A stretch of DNA of 64,000 nt from Azolla caroliniana. Lineage: Eukaryota; Plantae; Polypodiophyta. A program made the position numbers and the translations under genes. Numbering within the stretch: the stretch's first letter is position 1; the number at the start of each line of letters is the position of its first letter. A model generated the notes under the pieces. That model was not told the origin of the DNA and searched no databases. It worked only from the letters and a program-made list of their open reading frames with translations. Below, in pieces: positions 37,421 to 51,232 of the stretch. The stretch covers positions 30,132,001 to 30,196,000 of the forward strand of contig JBHGNT010000001.1 in assembly GCA_043228905.1 (NCBI GenBank). Reading direction: 5' to 3'.

Positions 37421-40400
37421 ACTTAATTATCATGCCCCTAATGTAGAATAGCTCTATATACAAGTGAAAAACATGAAACATTCATAGTGTATACCTCATT
37501 CATGAGTCACTTTTGATGATTTGGGTCTAGAGAATAAATAGAAGAATGATGAATGTACAATAGCAACAAGATACAAGAGACAAAACCGGATTGTCTTACT
37601 GCAAATTGGTCTTCAATGACTAGGGGATCGACATCACTCCTAGAAGGCACACAACTATCAAATTAATGCATTAATCCCCTAGGACGATGCTTCCACTTTT
37701 ACTAGCATTTTCCAATCTATAAAGGAATTAATGTCAAGTAGTTTTATTTAAAACTTTCCATCTTGCTAAACGTTATTTTGTGATAACCATAAACCTTCAT
37801 GTAAGAATGTTGGAAGCCTAGGTTTCTTGGCATTTTCAAGCTTTATTTCGCTTTCATTCATTGATTTTCATTTATGATAATAATAGTGATGTGAATCGTG
37901 ATATATAACCTTGATATAACTAGTTCGCTACAAAATATAGGCAGACAACTTTATCATCTATGAAAACCTCATATATGAAATTTCTTAGACGAAGGCTCAT
38001 AAACTTGGTCGACAATGAATCCGTTATTGTACCTAATTGACTAGAGAAAGGAAACAACCTTTGATAACATTCGATATTAACTTATTTGACTTTCTAGTCA
38101 CATGTGATTGTCACACTAATGAATGGTTAGGGGTCAATTTATTAGATTTGTTATATTCAAGAGCTTAGACCGATAGGTTAAATGAAATACATATACTAGG
38201 GTATTCGACAAATATATATTTATAATCCTCCTACTCTAGACAATAGAAAAGTTCACAAACTAATTTATTAGGTTTTTTTACATCGATAAATTTCATTTGA
38301 TCCAAGGTGCTTGCAATGATTTTACAGCAATAAAACTTATCCTCTTCCTCGTAAAATTATGTGATTGGAATGATAACATAACACATGCAAGTTCTATTCA
38401 TGGGCATCATTTTTAATTTCAAGAAATCTCTAAGAATTTTGAATTTCCTTAGGAATTTATTTGAATAACTTAATGATAGGCCTAGTAGTTAAAAACTTGT
38501 TTTCTATAAAAATAGTATAGTTGTTGTCCCTTGGAAAGAGCTCTTAGGCCTAGTTGATAATGGTTGTAGAGCCATTAGAGTAGTGGCAGGTCCCATTGTT
38601 CAATCAATGCCCATTGAAGGCGTATATTCTCTATGGTATTATAGTGCTTGCCCCATGCAATGTTCCTAGTATGAGATTGTGACTAAACCAAAATCCGCAT
38701 TTATGTGATCCCTATATTGGTGCCATTCCACTAAGTGGCTTGCCTCTTCCAAGTCCATTGTGGTATCCCATGAGAAAAGTTTTACACATGCTTGCATACT
38801 ATAAGAAGCCACGTGCATATACAATGCATAGGATAGATGTGGTACTTACCTTGTCTATTGAAACTATTGAAATTAGAGACTTAGTTGTTTATTCATACCT
38901 ATTGAACTTCATTAAGTACTACAAACACCTAAACTAATACTTCTCCTTTAATTTGTGATTGATTCGTCAACATGAAATGATGCTCACAAATTGTTTCCCT
39001 ATTTTTTTAAGTAAATGGTATGTAGCTACCATTACTATAGTTTAGACGACACTAGCCATTAAGTAAGTGACATTATACATGATTGATTTAGAGTGAAAAC
39101 CATTTCTGACTACGACAAAAATATTGCTTGTCAGGTCTTTATCATAAATTCACTTGTCCCCTTGTGCTTGTTATAAAATTGTAACTAATATTCTTTGATC
39201 AAATTCTTAATAACAATACTATAATTGTTTCAAACATTGATCATAAAATATTGGAAGTAGCCAAACCTCTAAATAACTCCCTTGCACAAAATTATGGAGT
39301 TGTTTTATTTGGAGTAATGCTTTCTAACAAAGAAGATATTAAGCCCTAAAGCACAATGGGAAAACATGCATTTATACATTGAAAAAATGACTTAAGAAGC
39401 TTTCTCAAATCATTGTTAAAGATTCATTTTGTTACATATCTTTATAGTTCTAAAATGCCAATATAAAAGCATGATTACATAGGGGTGCAATTTTAGTTGT
39501 GGATTTAAGTCTCCAACAAAGCAGCTTGGTGATGCTTTTATCATGAAACATCTTCATAATATTACTTTTAGTTGACACAAATTAGTTTTTGGCTCCTAAA
39601 CTTACGGCTTCACATAATTGACATTGACACATTTTCCACAATATTTTAAAAGGTAGAGGACATTCCTACAATGTATCTTGCTCAATGTGAACCATCTTAC
39701 AAAGAAAATATGGTATTAGCCTAGGAAAACAATGTATTAGTGGTTCACAATCAAAAGGAGACGTCCTTATCAACAAAATTGGCAAACCATTTTAGTCATT
39801 GAAATTTAAAATCTATAATTATGTTGTAGTACATGAATGTTGATCATGGTTTCTAATTAATCAAAGTCTCCAAGGCTAGTTATCAAAATCTATATGCGTA
39901 CAAAGAGGGTCATTGAGTTGCCTAAATGATATTGGGACTATTTAAACATACACTAATGCTATCCAAATTCAATCCAAAATATTGCTAGGTTAGAAGCATA
40001 ATACTAATACTATAATTGCCACACAGTTGCAATGCGTTGACCTTTTCCACTTTCAACAATCATGATTGAAAATAGTTCTATGAGCCACCAATATGGCAAA
40101 TGTCATAAGGTAATGGACACTTGAATAATTGGCCTTTATTGTCATGAGATGCAAGTTTTTCGTATTAATTATAGGCCATTGATTTCTCCTCATTTGAACG
40201 AAGACTAGTTTTCTAAGTAACATAAAAGCATGATGCTCTTACTTTCTCATTATATTTGTATGGATTATTCCATCCAAGAGTTCTTGAGACATCAAACATA
40301 GAAGTCTTGAGTGATTATGGAGTCAAATGGAATGAGCAACATTTCACCAAATTTTATTAGCCAACACAAAATCAAAATTTAACCTTTCATAGTGTAGTCT

Positions 40401-40902
40401 ACACCAACTTCAATATCTTAGATACATACATGAAAACTCACAAATGGAATTATTGGAATGATCTTCGCTTATTAATGCCATGAACTCTTACATTTTTTGC
40501 TTTTAAATCATTACCAAGTGCCTTGTTGTTGCAAATTATTGTCCAATATAAAACAAAAGAAGGGTAATATGATCGAATCTTTAACATCAATTTTGTGAAA
40601 CAATAACCCGTTGGAACTAAGATATATTTGAAACATTCAAACTTTTAATCAACTATAATAGGAAAGGGTGAGGTTTTGCTTGATATATCAAAACTCGAGA
40701 CATTGTGAATTTAGAGAGTACAAATTCTGTTGGAAAAGAAATTCTAATCAAGCCCAAGGATAACCACATGAAAGACAACAAGGCTCACCATGGCTTATTG
40801 GCTAGGACATTTCATATACATTATACTTAGTGTATGTGAATATATCACAAATCACAGAATAATGATGTAAAATTTCCAAATATTAGATAAATCTCCTCTA
40901 TA

Positions 40903-40903
40903 T

Positions 40904-40946
<43 letters not shown>
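40903..40946. repeat. Compound (TG)n(AG)n microsatellite
   Basis: Seen directly. Confidence 0.93.
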
Positions 40947-41854
40947 CCAAGATGTAGTACTAGTAGTGTAATGACGTACCACTAGGGTAACTTAATTACA
41001 ATACAAAGAGAGAGATCTCTTTGAGATCCACAGGAGACCAATTACAATCTATGAGATGGGGCCGCCCATGGCAAGGATAAACCACATGGGTTCTCTCAAA
41101 TTTATGTTCTCCCAAACCAAAAGCCAAGGAGATGGAGCGTGTTGTGCGTGAATCACCACATTTTCAACCTCTTATCTTACATAGATACCTTTATATCACC
41201 ATGTGAGCGCTATCGCCTACTATTAGGCTATGCTTTTTCAAATTTCACCCCAACCCCCTTTTGAAAGATTGTAAAACAACAAATCACAAAATGTTGTTAC
41301 ATAGTTAAACACGAGGCTTACCACATATGGCACAACGAATATTTTTCCAACACCTCAACATTGTGCCACCCCTCCCTCCCCCTTTCAAAGGCCAACTACA
41401 TTACATTTTGACATTGGATATAGGTTTTTGGTACTTTAACTCTACATAGCGTTGATGCATCCTATTTTACCTAGCTCAACACCAATCCGAACTTGCAACC
41501 AATAGCTTTATGTGCCTTGAGAGCACTTTCCCATCACTATTGGATTCATTTCAAATGAAGAGTTGTATGGTCCCAGTATGTAGAGACCAGGCACTCGTCA
41601 GATCCCCGAATTCCAATGTTCGAAAAGGATCCTTTAAATTTCTGCACCAAGCCTGATGTTTTTGAGGTGAGTGCGATTAGCAATTCAACGTCATCGCGAA
41701 AAAGAAGAAGGAAAGATGGCATTTAAACTCTGAGGCTGACATGTCTAGGGCCATGGCATACATATATGTCTTGTAAAGAAAAGAGGGTGAAAGGAAAAAC
41801 ATGTAAACGAATTTCTAAAGACTTGTTATAAAATAATGATAAATCCATTTCCCT

Positions 41855-42160
41855 TTGTTCCCCCCCGGGAGGGGGGGGTCCACGTGTCAGATGCAGGGGC
41901 GATGGCCTGCCACGTGGCTGAATCTTAGTGCAGGAGACTGACCACGTGGATGCGGGGAATTGGAGCAGAATAAATGTGGGGCCCGTGCGCGCCATTAAAT
42001 ACGAAGGGCACCGAAAATTGTAATGTAGGATTTAGATTGCAAAAGTCAACGGAAATCAGCTGCTCTCGAAACTCTAACCCCAGAAAACCGCTCGTCGAAG
42101 CCAAAAAAAAACTCCCAAATCCCAAAAGCGGTTTTCATTGCCCCCCGGGTTCCCTCCTCA
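41855..42160. promoter_or_regulatory. CpG-rich putative cis-regulatory module with three G-boxes and TCP-type sites
   Basis: CACGTG at 41881, 41911 and 41943. GGGGTCCAC (rc GTGGACCCC) at 41875 and GTGGGGCCC at 41976. The surrounding desert is CpG-poor. Confidence 0.55.
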
Positions 42161-43524
42161 ATTTCTTTTACTAATCCATCTATATTCGTTTTATAAATGT
42201 TCAAACTTTTAAATAAAAACCCTAACTGTTTGTTTAATCCAATAATGCTGCTTAAATGGGCTAAGCTTCGCAGTTAATATAGGCATAATAAAATAAGTAA
42301 AGAGCGTAGGCAAAAAAAACCAATGACGTAGTATTTCGGTAAAAAGCAAAATAATAATAATACTTAAATAATCATAAAACTGGCATATTATTATTTTTGT
42401 ATTGTTTGTGTACAGAGTACGTACGTACGTATGTATGTATTGTGTGAGAATAATATATGCATATACGAAAAATAAGAAGGGAGAAAGAGGGAGATGATAT
42501 GAATATGTACATATATAAATAAAGTAGGGTGTGCGTGGGGCAGAAGATAGCTATCTAGCCTCGCTGTGTGTGAAAGCATTTAATGCGAGTGTCCTGTTGC
42601 TCCCTCCACACATACCTTACGTAATACATATATACATTACATACATATGAACATATGTATAATATGGATGTATGTCATGTATGATAAACTAACGCATTAT
42701 GTACATATATTGTCATTTGTATCTATCCATCCAGCCTCTCTTTCCTTTCCTTTCCTTTCCATTGCTTCTCCTAATGTGATAGTGATGGTGATGGTGTTGA
42801 TGATGATGGCCCCATCTCTCTGCATTTGCACGGTTTCCAGCCTTGTCCTCTCTTTTGTAACACATGACCACATTATCTATCACTTCATTATCTTTCTCTT
42901 TCTTTCATTGATTCCCAAAATGTCCCCCCCCTCTCCCCCCCAACCCCTAACTAAGGGCCAAAACACACATTCAACATTATTGTTATTTTGAGTTCGAAAG
43001 GATCATCAAGGTAACTGTAGCACCTAGCTTAGTTCTATCCGTAGTCTCATAGACTAGCGCGGTTAATCGTTCAGGAAGAAAAAGGCTACATTTACAACCC
43101 CCCCCCCCCCCAAAAAAAAATAAATAAATAAAAAAAATAAATCCCATGTTTCCTTGGGAGTGTTATTATTGTTGCATGCTTCTAGCTCAATTATACATCA
43201 AGTTACTTTGTTCTATTTAATGATCCACTTGGGTAGTAGCATGCTGATGCATTTGAATTGTGCTTTTGTCGTTAACTTAAACTTTGATTTCCATAGTTGG
43301 CCATTGACAATGCCATCTAAATGATGGTGGATGATACGTGTGTGATGCACTCGAATAAAGCCCTTAATCAAGAAAGGATGCACACACTTGTGAAAATGGA
43401 AGTCATATCTCCCTCGCATGTACGCTGGTCACTAATGGAGAAGACATTTGTGGCATAGTTCTTACCTCCATTCATATGCAAATGCAATCATTTCACCATG
43501 AAGGATTTTGAGTGCACTTATCAC

Positions 43525-44394
43525 ATAGTACAAGATATTTCATATTGATAATTGGAACTTGGTTTGCAAAGGGGCTATATTCCTTCAACATTGAGCATAT
43601 ATAAATTGGAGCCCTAGTGATTAACTTAGAAAAACAATGGATAAACATGGAAGTCCATAGGCCAAATTTTGTCTCGCTTGTATTGATGTTGCAAATTTCC
43701 TCATTGTTTAGTAATACTAAATTTTGTGCTTAAGCCTAAACTTTTATTAATTACTTGAGCATTCACTCTATTTCATAGTCCCCTAATGGCTATCCCTCTA
43801 GTAAGACCTTCCAAGCCACAATTTGTCAAGAGTTCATACATAATTTTTGGGATGTTTCTGCATCATACACAAACTCATCATCTCAATATTTCTCTAGTAT
43901 TGAGGTAGGATAAATTTGTCAATGGATATTATATGTAAAACCCATGTAAAAATTCGTACAAGATAGTACAAGATATTTCATATTGATAATTGGAACTTGG
44001 TTTGCAAAGGGGCTATATTCCTTCAACATTGAGCATATATAAATTGGAGCCCTAGTGATTAACTTAGAAAAACAATGGATAAACATGGAAGTCCATAGGC
44101 CAAATTTTGTCTCGCTTGTATTGATGTTGCAAATTTCCTCATTGTTTAGTAATACTAAATTTTGTGCTTAAGCCTAAACTTTTATTAATTACTTGAGCAT
44201 TCACTCTATTTCATAGTCCCCTAATGGCTATCCCTCTAGTAAGACCTTCCAAGCCACAATTTGTCAAGAGTTCATACATAATTTTTGGGATGTTTCTGCA
44301 TCATACACAAACTCATCATCTCAATATTTCTCTAGTATTGAGGTAGGATAAATTTGTCAATGGATATTATATGTAAAACCCATGTAAAAATTCG
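43525..44394. repeat. Apparently perfect 432-bp tandem duplication (43525-43956 and 43963-44394) with a 6-nt junction filler
   Basis: No mismatch noticed by eye. The junction reads aattcg-tacaag-atagtacaagata. Confidence 0.93.
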
Positions 44395-47019
44395 ACTAAA
44401 ACATGCAATCAATTGAGCCCAACAAATATATGGGTGAACCCTAACTTATAGCCTCAAACTAATTTTCTCGATCCTGATCACGAAAAGCCCATTTGTAAAC
44501 AATAAATTCAATAGGGTTTCAATAATGCCAAACAACCTAAAAAAACGCTTGTAGTACATTTTTCCAACAAAAAGTAGCTTTTGTAAGCGTTATAGTTGGC
44601 TTTTCATTTCAATGACGCTATTCATTTCTATGTTTTAGTAAATTTGTACTTCAACACTTCCGTTGGCACATTGTAAAATGTCATAAAATTAACCGAAATG
44701 AGATTGCCTAACTAACTAAGTAGGATGCAGGCACAACCTAGTTTGAATCCAACAATAAATTGATATTGGTATGCATGACTAAAGATCGACATGTTCCTTG
44801 AGAATTGTAGCAAAACAACATTTCTGATGACATTTTATTAAGCATTCCCTAGAAATACTTGGATATCAATCTAGATATTAAAGAAACTGCCAGAAGAAGC
44901 ATATTTGTGAACTTTGTAGATAGCCTGAAAATCCAATCATCCTTTGCAACTTGAACTTTTTAAATTTTGGATAGATTCCTTATTTATAAGCATTAATTCC
45001 CTCAATTGTTGCGTTGTGGTTGTTTTTTCCCTTTTTATGTGTAGCATGAATTTCGAGGTTATAATAGAAGATGAGTGGTAAGTATTGGGGCCAAGATTGG
45101 CAAAGCAACTAGCTAGTAGGGTATGTTGCTCAAAAACATGCATCCATGGTGAATCCTGATTTCCATTTCATTGGGTCACAAAAACGAATAAAAGAAGACA
45201 CGCACCCATTAAAGAACATTTTAAGTTAAAATCTTACCATTAACCTTCTTTTTTCCCCAAGAAAGATAGTACACTAGTATTAACGTTAAACAAAGGAAGA
45301 CTGCACAATTGATCAAATTGCACCTTTAAAACAAATCAAGGGATGAAGCTACCTTTATAAATTTAGGTCAAATGAACATAATGATGCAACGTAAGTTTTT
45401 AAAATTGTTTCTATATCATATCAAGATTGTATGTGTTAGAAATGTTTATTTTGCCATGTCCTCACGGATAGATCATGAATCCGTTTGAGTTACATCATCC
45501 TATTGAAATAGATCATTGATGCATACATGGTGTATGTTCCTTAATGTGTCTTAATGGAAAGCATATTTGGATAATATGCATTCAGTTTTTTTCAATAACA
45601 AAACATGGTGTATGTCATTTGAGGGCATTATATATTGAACTAAAAGTATACATCAAAGGTTTTCTTAATGCACCTCAAATGGATCCTTGCCCAAGGAGAA
45701 ATACAGAAATGAAGTTTTATATGTATTTATTAGGGTGGCAAATTAGAAGCGAATGAAACATTGTGTTTGAGCATTGTGTGCTTATTTAGTAGCTTCACTT
45801 TTTAGTGAAACCCTAGAAACTTTGGACACTTTTTCTCGAACCACGAGTAAGTTGTTGTAAAACATAATGTACGTTCCACATTACCATCTCTACATCTCAT
45901 GTTTGTCGTAATGTAAGTAGTAAAAAGGGAACCCGCACGAGGAGGAACCATAAAATATAGTTGAGGGTACGAAGTTGTCAGAAATATTTGCCTTTGATAG
46001 AAGAGCTACATGTCATCTACATGCATTATTAGAATATCTATCTATCTATATAAGCTAGTAATTTTATTTTGTAAACGTACGTTTTAAACTTTGTGAGATC
46101 TGCATTGGATGTTTAAAGTCCCGAGGGAGGAAAAAAAAACGAATAGCATTTTATGTGCAATTACTGTATACCAACTTCCATAATATTCATAAAGTGATTG
46201 CCAACTTGGTATGCCATAACTCCTTATCATGGTAAAGAAACCAAAATGTAACCTCTCTAGATTCCATGTGAAATCAACATCTTAGCTATGTCGTGCACTT
46301 ATGCACAAATTAATGACAAAGTCAGAGTCGTAAAATGGTACTTCTTACATGCACATTAGTAGTCCTCAGTGCTCTTAGTACTTCCATTCTCTTATTGATC
46401 TTAATTAATTCACAAATGTGCTTCTTGATTCCTTACCATCTCCATAGTTAGTCAACTCTGACACTATCATTTCACTTACTTGGTTAGATATTTTGGAAAT
46501 ACTAACAAACATAACTTAATTGTTGATTGCCAAAATGACTTGGCATAAATTGCTACTCCTTTTTCATTGGATTTGCTACTTTATGTCAATATGTTATAGA
46601 TAAGTTTTGAATGCATGAGTAAAAAAGTAGTATTACAAAGAGCAATATATAATATTTGGTTATGTCTTGATATATTTATGATCTATGTATTAACCATGAT
46701 ACTGTTATGTGCAACTATGTTACTCGAGTCGTTTTTCATTACTAGTTTTCCAATACATGATCTTGCTCCTCTTGATAAGGAAAACGTGTTCTCTCAATGT
46801 TGCTTGATAAATATTCTGATTATTTTCCTATTTATAATTGTAGCCTTTTTATTTTGTGACATAGATTCAAAGTCCTTTGTTTGCATGTATATTTTATTAT
46901 TTTTAACAAGTGAAAATATATGTTCTAATTCTTGCGCAACTATAATGGCAAAATTAGTTTTCTTAGGTGAAGGTTCAGTTTTCTTTTTCCATAAAAAAAT
47001 CCTCCACTATTACAATGAA

Positions 47020-47420
47020 TATTGCATGTGAATGTGGTTGCATCAGGTTTTAGACTTGATTTCAACATACATTCGAAACATTGGACAACCATATATCCAT
47101 CGTGGTTTATTCCAAACCCTTTTATCATTGCATTCCAAGATGCAATGTCCCTTGCAAATAGAGCATTGAAAATATTTTGTGCTTCTTTGATGCTGCCACA
47201 TTTGCCATATGTATGTACAAGTGTGTTTTTGACTAGGATCTCTCTCTCAAATCCCTTTTCAATTATTTTCACGTATCCTATCTACAACTCTCAAGCCTCC
47301 ACATGCTTTCAAGATGGAAACTAAGGCTGCAACACTTGGAGCTTGATTCTCCAACTACATTATGTGTAAACACATTAGTGCATCTTGACTAAATCCATTA
47401 TCAACATATCCATACAACAA
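47020..47420 (-). pseudogene. PLS-PPR gene fragment
   Basis: GYVDNGFSQDALMCLHIM*LENQAPSVAALVSILKACG and LVKNTLVHTYGKCGSIKEAQNIFN..RDIASWNAMIKGFG...LKPDATTF. Confidence 0.85.
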
Positions 47421-47603
47421 TTTTATTTCAATTGAATAGACTATCTACAACTCTCAAGCCTCCACATGCTTTCAAGATGGAAACTAAGGCTGTAACACTT
47501 GGAGCTTGATTCTCCAGCTACATTATGTGTAAACACATTAGTGCATCTTGACTAAATCCATTATCAACATATCCATACAACAATTTTATTTCAATTGAAT
47601 AGA
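47278..47603. repeat. 163-bp tandem duplication inside the PPR fragment
   Basis: 47278-47440 vs 47441-47603, with about 2 substitutions seen. Confidence 0.92.
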
Positions 47604-50551
47604 CTTGTTTTGTGTTCTTTTTCATGCATAACACAAATTCACTTCGATGGAATACACTAAATTGTATTGAATACCTATATTTGCATTATGTACTTGGGTT
47701 ATATAGTTATGCCTTCCAAGGGCAATATTGCAATAAGATATTGTCAAAATGTATGTAAACTTAAATTTAGTTTGTGAATGTAACAATAAAACTATACGCT
47801 ATTAAACTATTAAGTGTCACGAACGTCATGTCCATGACAATAAGTCATACAACTTTTGATACAATTCAATGCAACAAATACAAAATAAATATTTACAATG
47901 CTTCATTCTATGCATGAACATTTCACATAGCATATGATTTAATTATCCAAGAAAATTTTCTTCACATTAAATCTAAGCAAATTAGATGAAGAAATGGTGC
48001 CCCACTTATTTTGGCATTGCAGGAAGTTGTCCCGCATGTTTTGTGACAAGGTCATTTTTAAGAATTGATGGGATGTGAGGAACAGAGTCTGCCAAACACT
48101 GCAACAATATTGAATATGAATGCGTTGTGGATCACAAGACACCAAGTCATTGTGTTCTTTCTATATAAACATGCTATATCATGTGTGCTCATGGACAAAT
48201 TAGAAAAACCCTTATTTGTATGTGTTTCATAAATTGAACATATCCATTCTATTCTATGTAAATATCATCTTTTATTTGTACCCTTGTGTGTGTAAAAAGT
48301 ACTAAAAGACATCTAGAATTTACATTCAATGGAACTCACGTGATATAATTGCTTATTTTATGGTGATCCCCAAGAGGGCACCAACAACTATTTGCCAATA
48401 AACAAGTGGATGCAAGCAATTCTTTATTCAAGAGATAATTTTTCAATTCTTATTTCAAGAGCATCAATAATTTCACTAACCTATGATATTCTTAGTTAGG
48501 GGTATGGGGTTCAAAAGCATAGTCTAGCTTAAATTTTATAGATTAATTGCCTCGCTTTGGTTTTATTAGATTTTTATTTGTATATTGCATCCTTTTCCTT
48601 CATACAAGTGAACATGCAAGTTGACAATTTGGTGGATCAAACTTTAAGCATATTATAATGGTGACCAACAAGTATATCCTATTTTGCATGTAAAGAGGAA
48701 ATTGCGAACCAAAATAAAGATTGTTGCTAAGAAATAGAGATTTTAGGAGAGGCTTAAAATGAGTTTAGGCTCGACCATTTAAGAAAACAAGGATGTGCAT
48801 AAATTGTTGTTAACTCAAAAATGACACCAATAAGGTATACAATATTGGCATTTCATAATTGGTGACAGGTGTAAGGGTTGTAAAACTAGGAAGCCAAAGA
48901 AGAGAAGATCATTCAAGAGGTTTAAACATTTGAAATTGTAGATATGACCAATAGTGATTAGTCTAGTTGGCTTAACATTTTCGAATGATGCTTATCATGA
49001 TTTAGGGCTTCAAACAAATAGATGACAAGGTGCTCATGTTGTGACATCCTTGGCCCGTGTTTAGTGAGTTTCATAAGCGCTAGATTAAGATGATCTAAAT
49101 ATTTAATAAGGAAATTTCTCATTGTAAAGGTAGCCATGTCTTTAGTTCCTAGTCTCTTCTTTTCACAAAGAACTTCATTGACATTCAAAAAAGCTTCGCA
49201 AAGCCCTCTACTAGCTCTAAGAGCTTGTGTAAGGTTCAATTCCTTGCAAGGATCGAGTATATGTGCATAGGAGAGTTTGTGAAATGTTGATTTTGAGCAC
49301 TAACAAGGTTTCAAAGTTATGTTATTTACCATACGAATCATGAAATTGAGGCATGGTGTTATAATTACATTGAAACTTATTGAGTTCTCGTTAACATTTA
49401 TCCATTTAAAATCATGAATTTAAATAATATCATGACTCTTGAACAAACCCCAACATTTTTCTCTTGTTATCTTTGGTATTTTAGTAGAGGGAAGGCCTGT
49501 CATAGAGGGTTTTGTGCATGGTATATTAAACTACATAAGCGTTTTATACTACATGATAACAATTAAATGCATTGAGATGTATATAATTTTCAAACATCCT
49601 ATGTAGTCATAATGAGCACGTATAATTAAATAAAAAGCTTTAAGTGCGATCTCAAATCACAAATTCTGAAGGAAAGTCATCATTACTTTATTCCTTTAAC
49701 ATAAATGTTGATGTTGACGTAATAATCCTATATATCTTCAAACATCATGCATAACACAATACTCGATTATAGAATATTCGAACATTATATGATGAATAGC
49801 TATTCATAGAGAATTTGGGTCATTCATATTTTGAAAATAGTTTACGTTTATACTTGAATTAAGCGATAGACATTAGGGGTATGTACTTGACCTTTAAATA
49901 AATAAATAAATAAATAAATATATGAAAATTATGGAATAACGAACAAAAGTTCACTTGGTACAACCATGGTTTGACACTTGAATCCACAACCTTAATGATG
50001 TTGCAAGGCAAAGATATGTATGATTATGTTTATCTCACCGTTTCATAGAGTATGATCATGAACTTATAAACATTCACTTGTTAGATTGCATATATGGTGG
50101 GAACTAAGGATATATGAACTAAATGATATGAATTATATCATAGAGTCATTAAATCTCTCACTTTGTGTTTCAGCATATCATGAGTTATTTTGTTATAATG
50201 TGAACTAGATAGTCCTTTAATAAAAGTCCAATAAATGAAAAATTCTTAGTATGTTGGTATTTGACATCCCTCGATCAACAATGTGTAAAGCTACAAGGGA
50301 CTTCTGAGCTAGAGTTGGGTTATTGTTTGTTTGATTTTCCTCTGTAATTTGTGAAAGGTTATGCTTGCAATCCATAACAAGGAGGGGAAAATATCTACAT
50401 GTGTTTTGTTGTTTTTCCAATAGCCGCACATGGAGATCAATGTGGAATATTGAGTTTTGATATTACACCAGGAAAAAGTGAACACATTATCTAGAGAAGA
50501 GCACAAACATGAGTGTGGCCAAACAAAAAGATAACTTGAAGACTTCCATAC

Positions 50552-51232
50552 GATTTAGTCAGTTTAGTTTCTATGATTAGAGAAAGTGATAAATAATGAA
50601 ACATGTCATAAATAAACAAACAAATATCACATTCTCTAGATAAACACTATGGGTTTTTTAACATCTAAAAGAATATTAAATGATGTTTTCTATATCATGG
50701 GACAAATATTCTTCCCCAAACTAGGGTATGGTTATGTCCTAAAGGAACCACAAATGTTATGATACCTAAACATGACCTCACTTGGGCTTATTCTTTATGG
50801 TGTTCATCGATTCACATTTAAGAGAAGCTATGTGCTACAATATTGGTATGGGCTCTTCACACCTCAAATTTACCATGGACATTTTTCTATGATTTAGTCA
50901 GTTTAGTTTCTATGATTAGAGAAAGTGATAAATAACGAAACATGTCATAAATAAACAAACAAATATCACATTCTCTAGATAAGCACTATGGGGTTTTCAA
51001 CATCTAAAAGAATATTAAATGATGTTTTCTAAATCATGGGACAAATATTCTTCCCCAAAATAGGGTATGGTTATGTCCTAAAGGAACCACAAATGTTATG
51101 ATACCTAAACATGACCTCACTTGGGCTTATTCTTTATGGTATTGTTCATCGATTCACATTTAAGAGAAGTTATGTGCTACAATATTGGTATGGGCTCTTC
51201 ACACCTCAAATTTACCATGGACATTTTTCTAT
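50552..51232. repeat. ~340-bp tandem duplication (50552-50890 and 50891-51232)
   Basis: About 7 substitutions and one 3-nt indel seen between the copies. Confidence 0.93.

Noticed and set aside
46615-47031. 138-aa hydrophobic ORF as a membrane protein
   Set aside because: T-rich non-coding composition explains the F/L/I bias. It has no motif and overlaps the antisense PPR debris.
48600-49300. Copia gag/RNase H remnant
   Set aside because: Only vague resemblance, with no diagnostic motif I can support.
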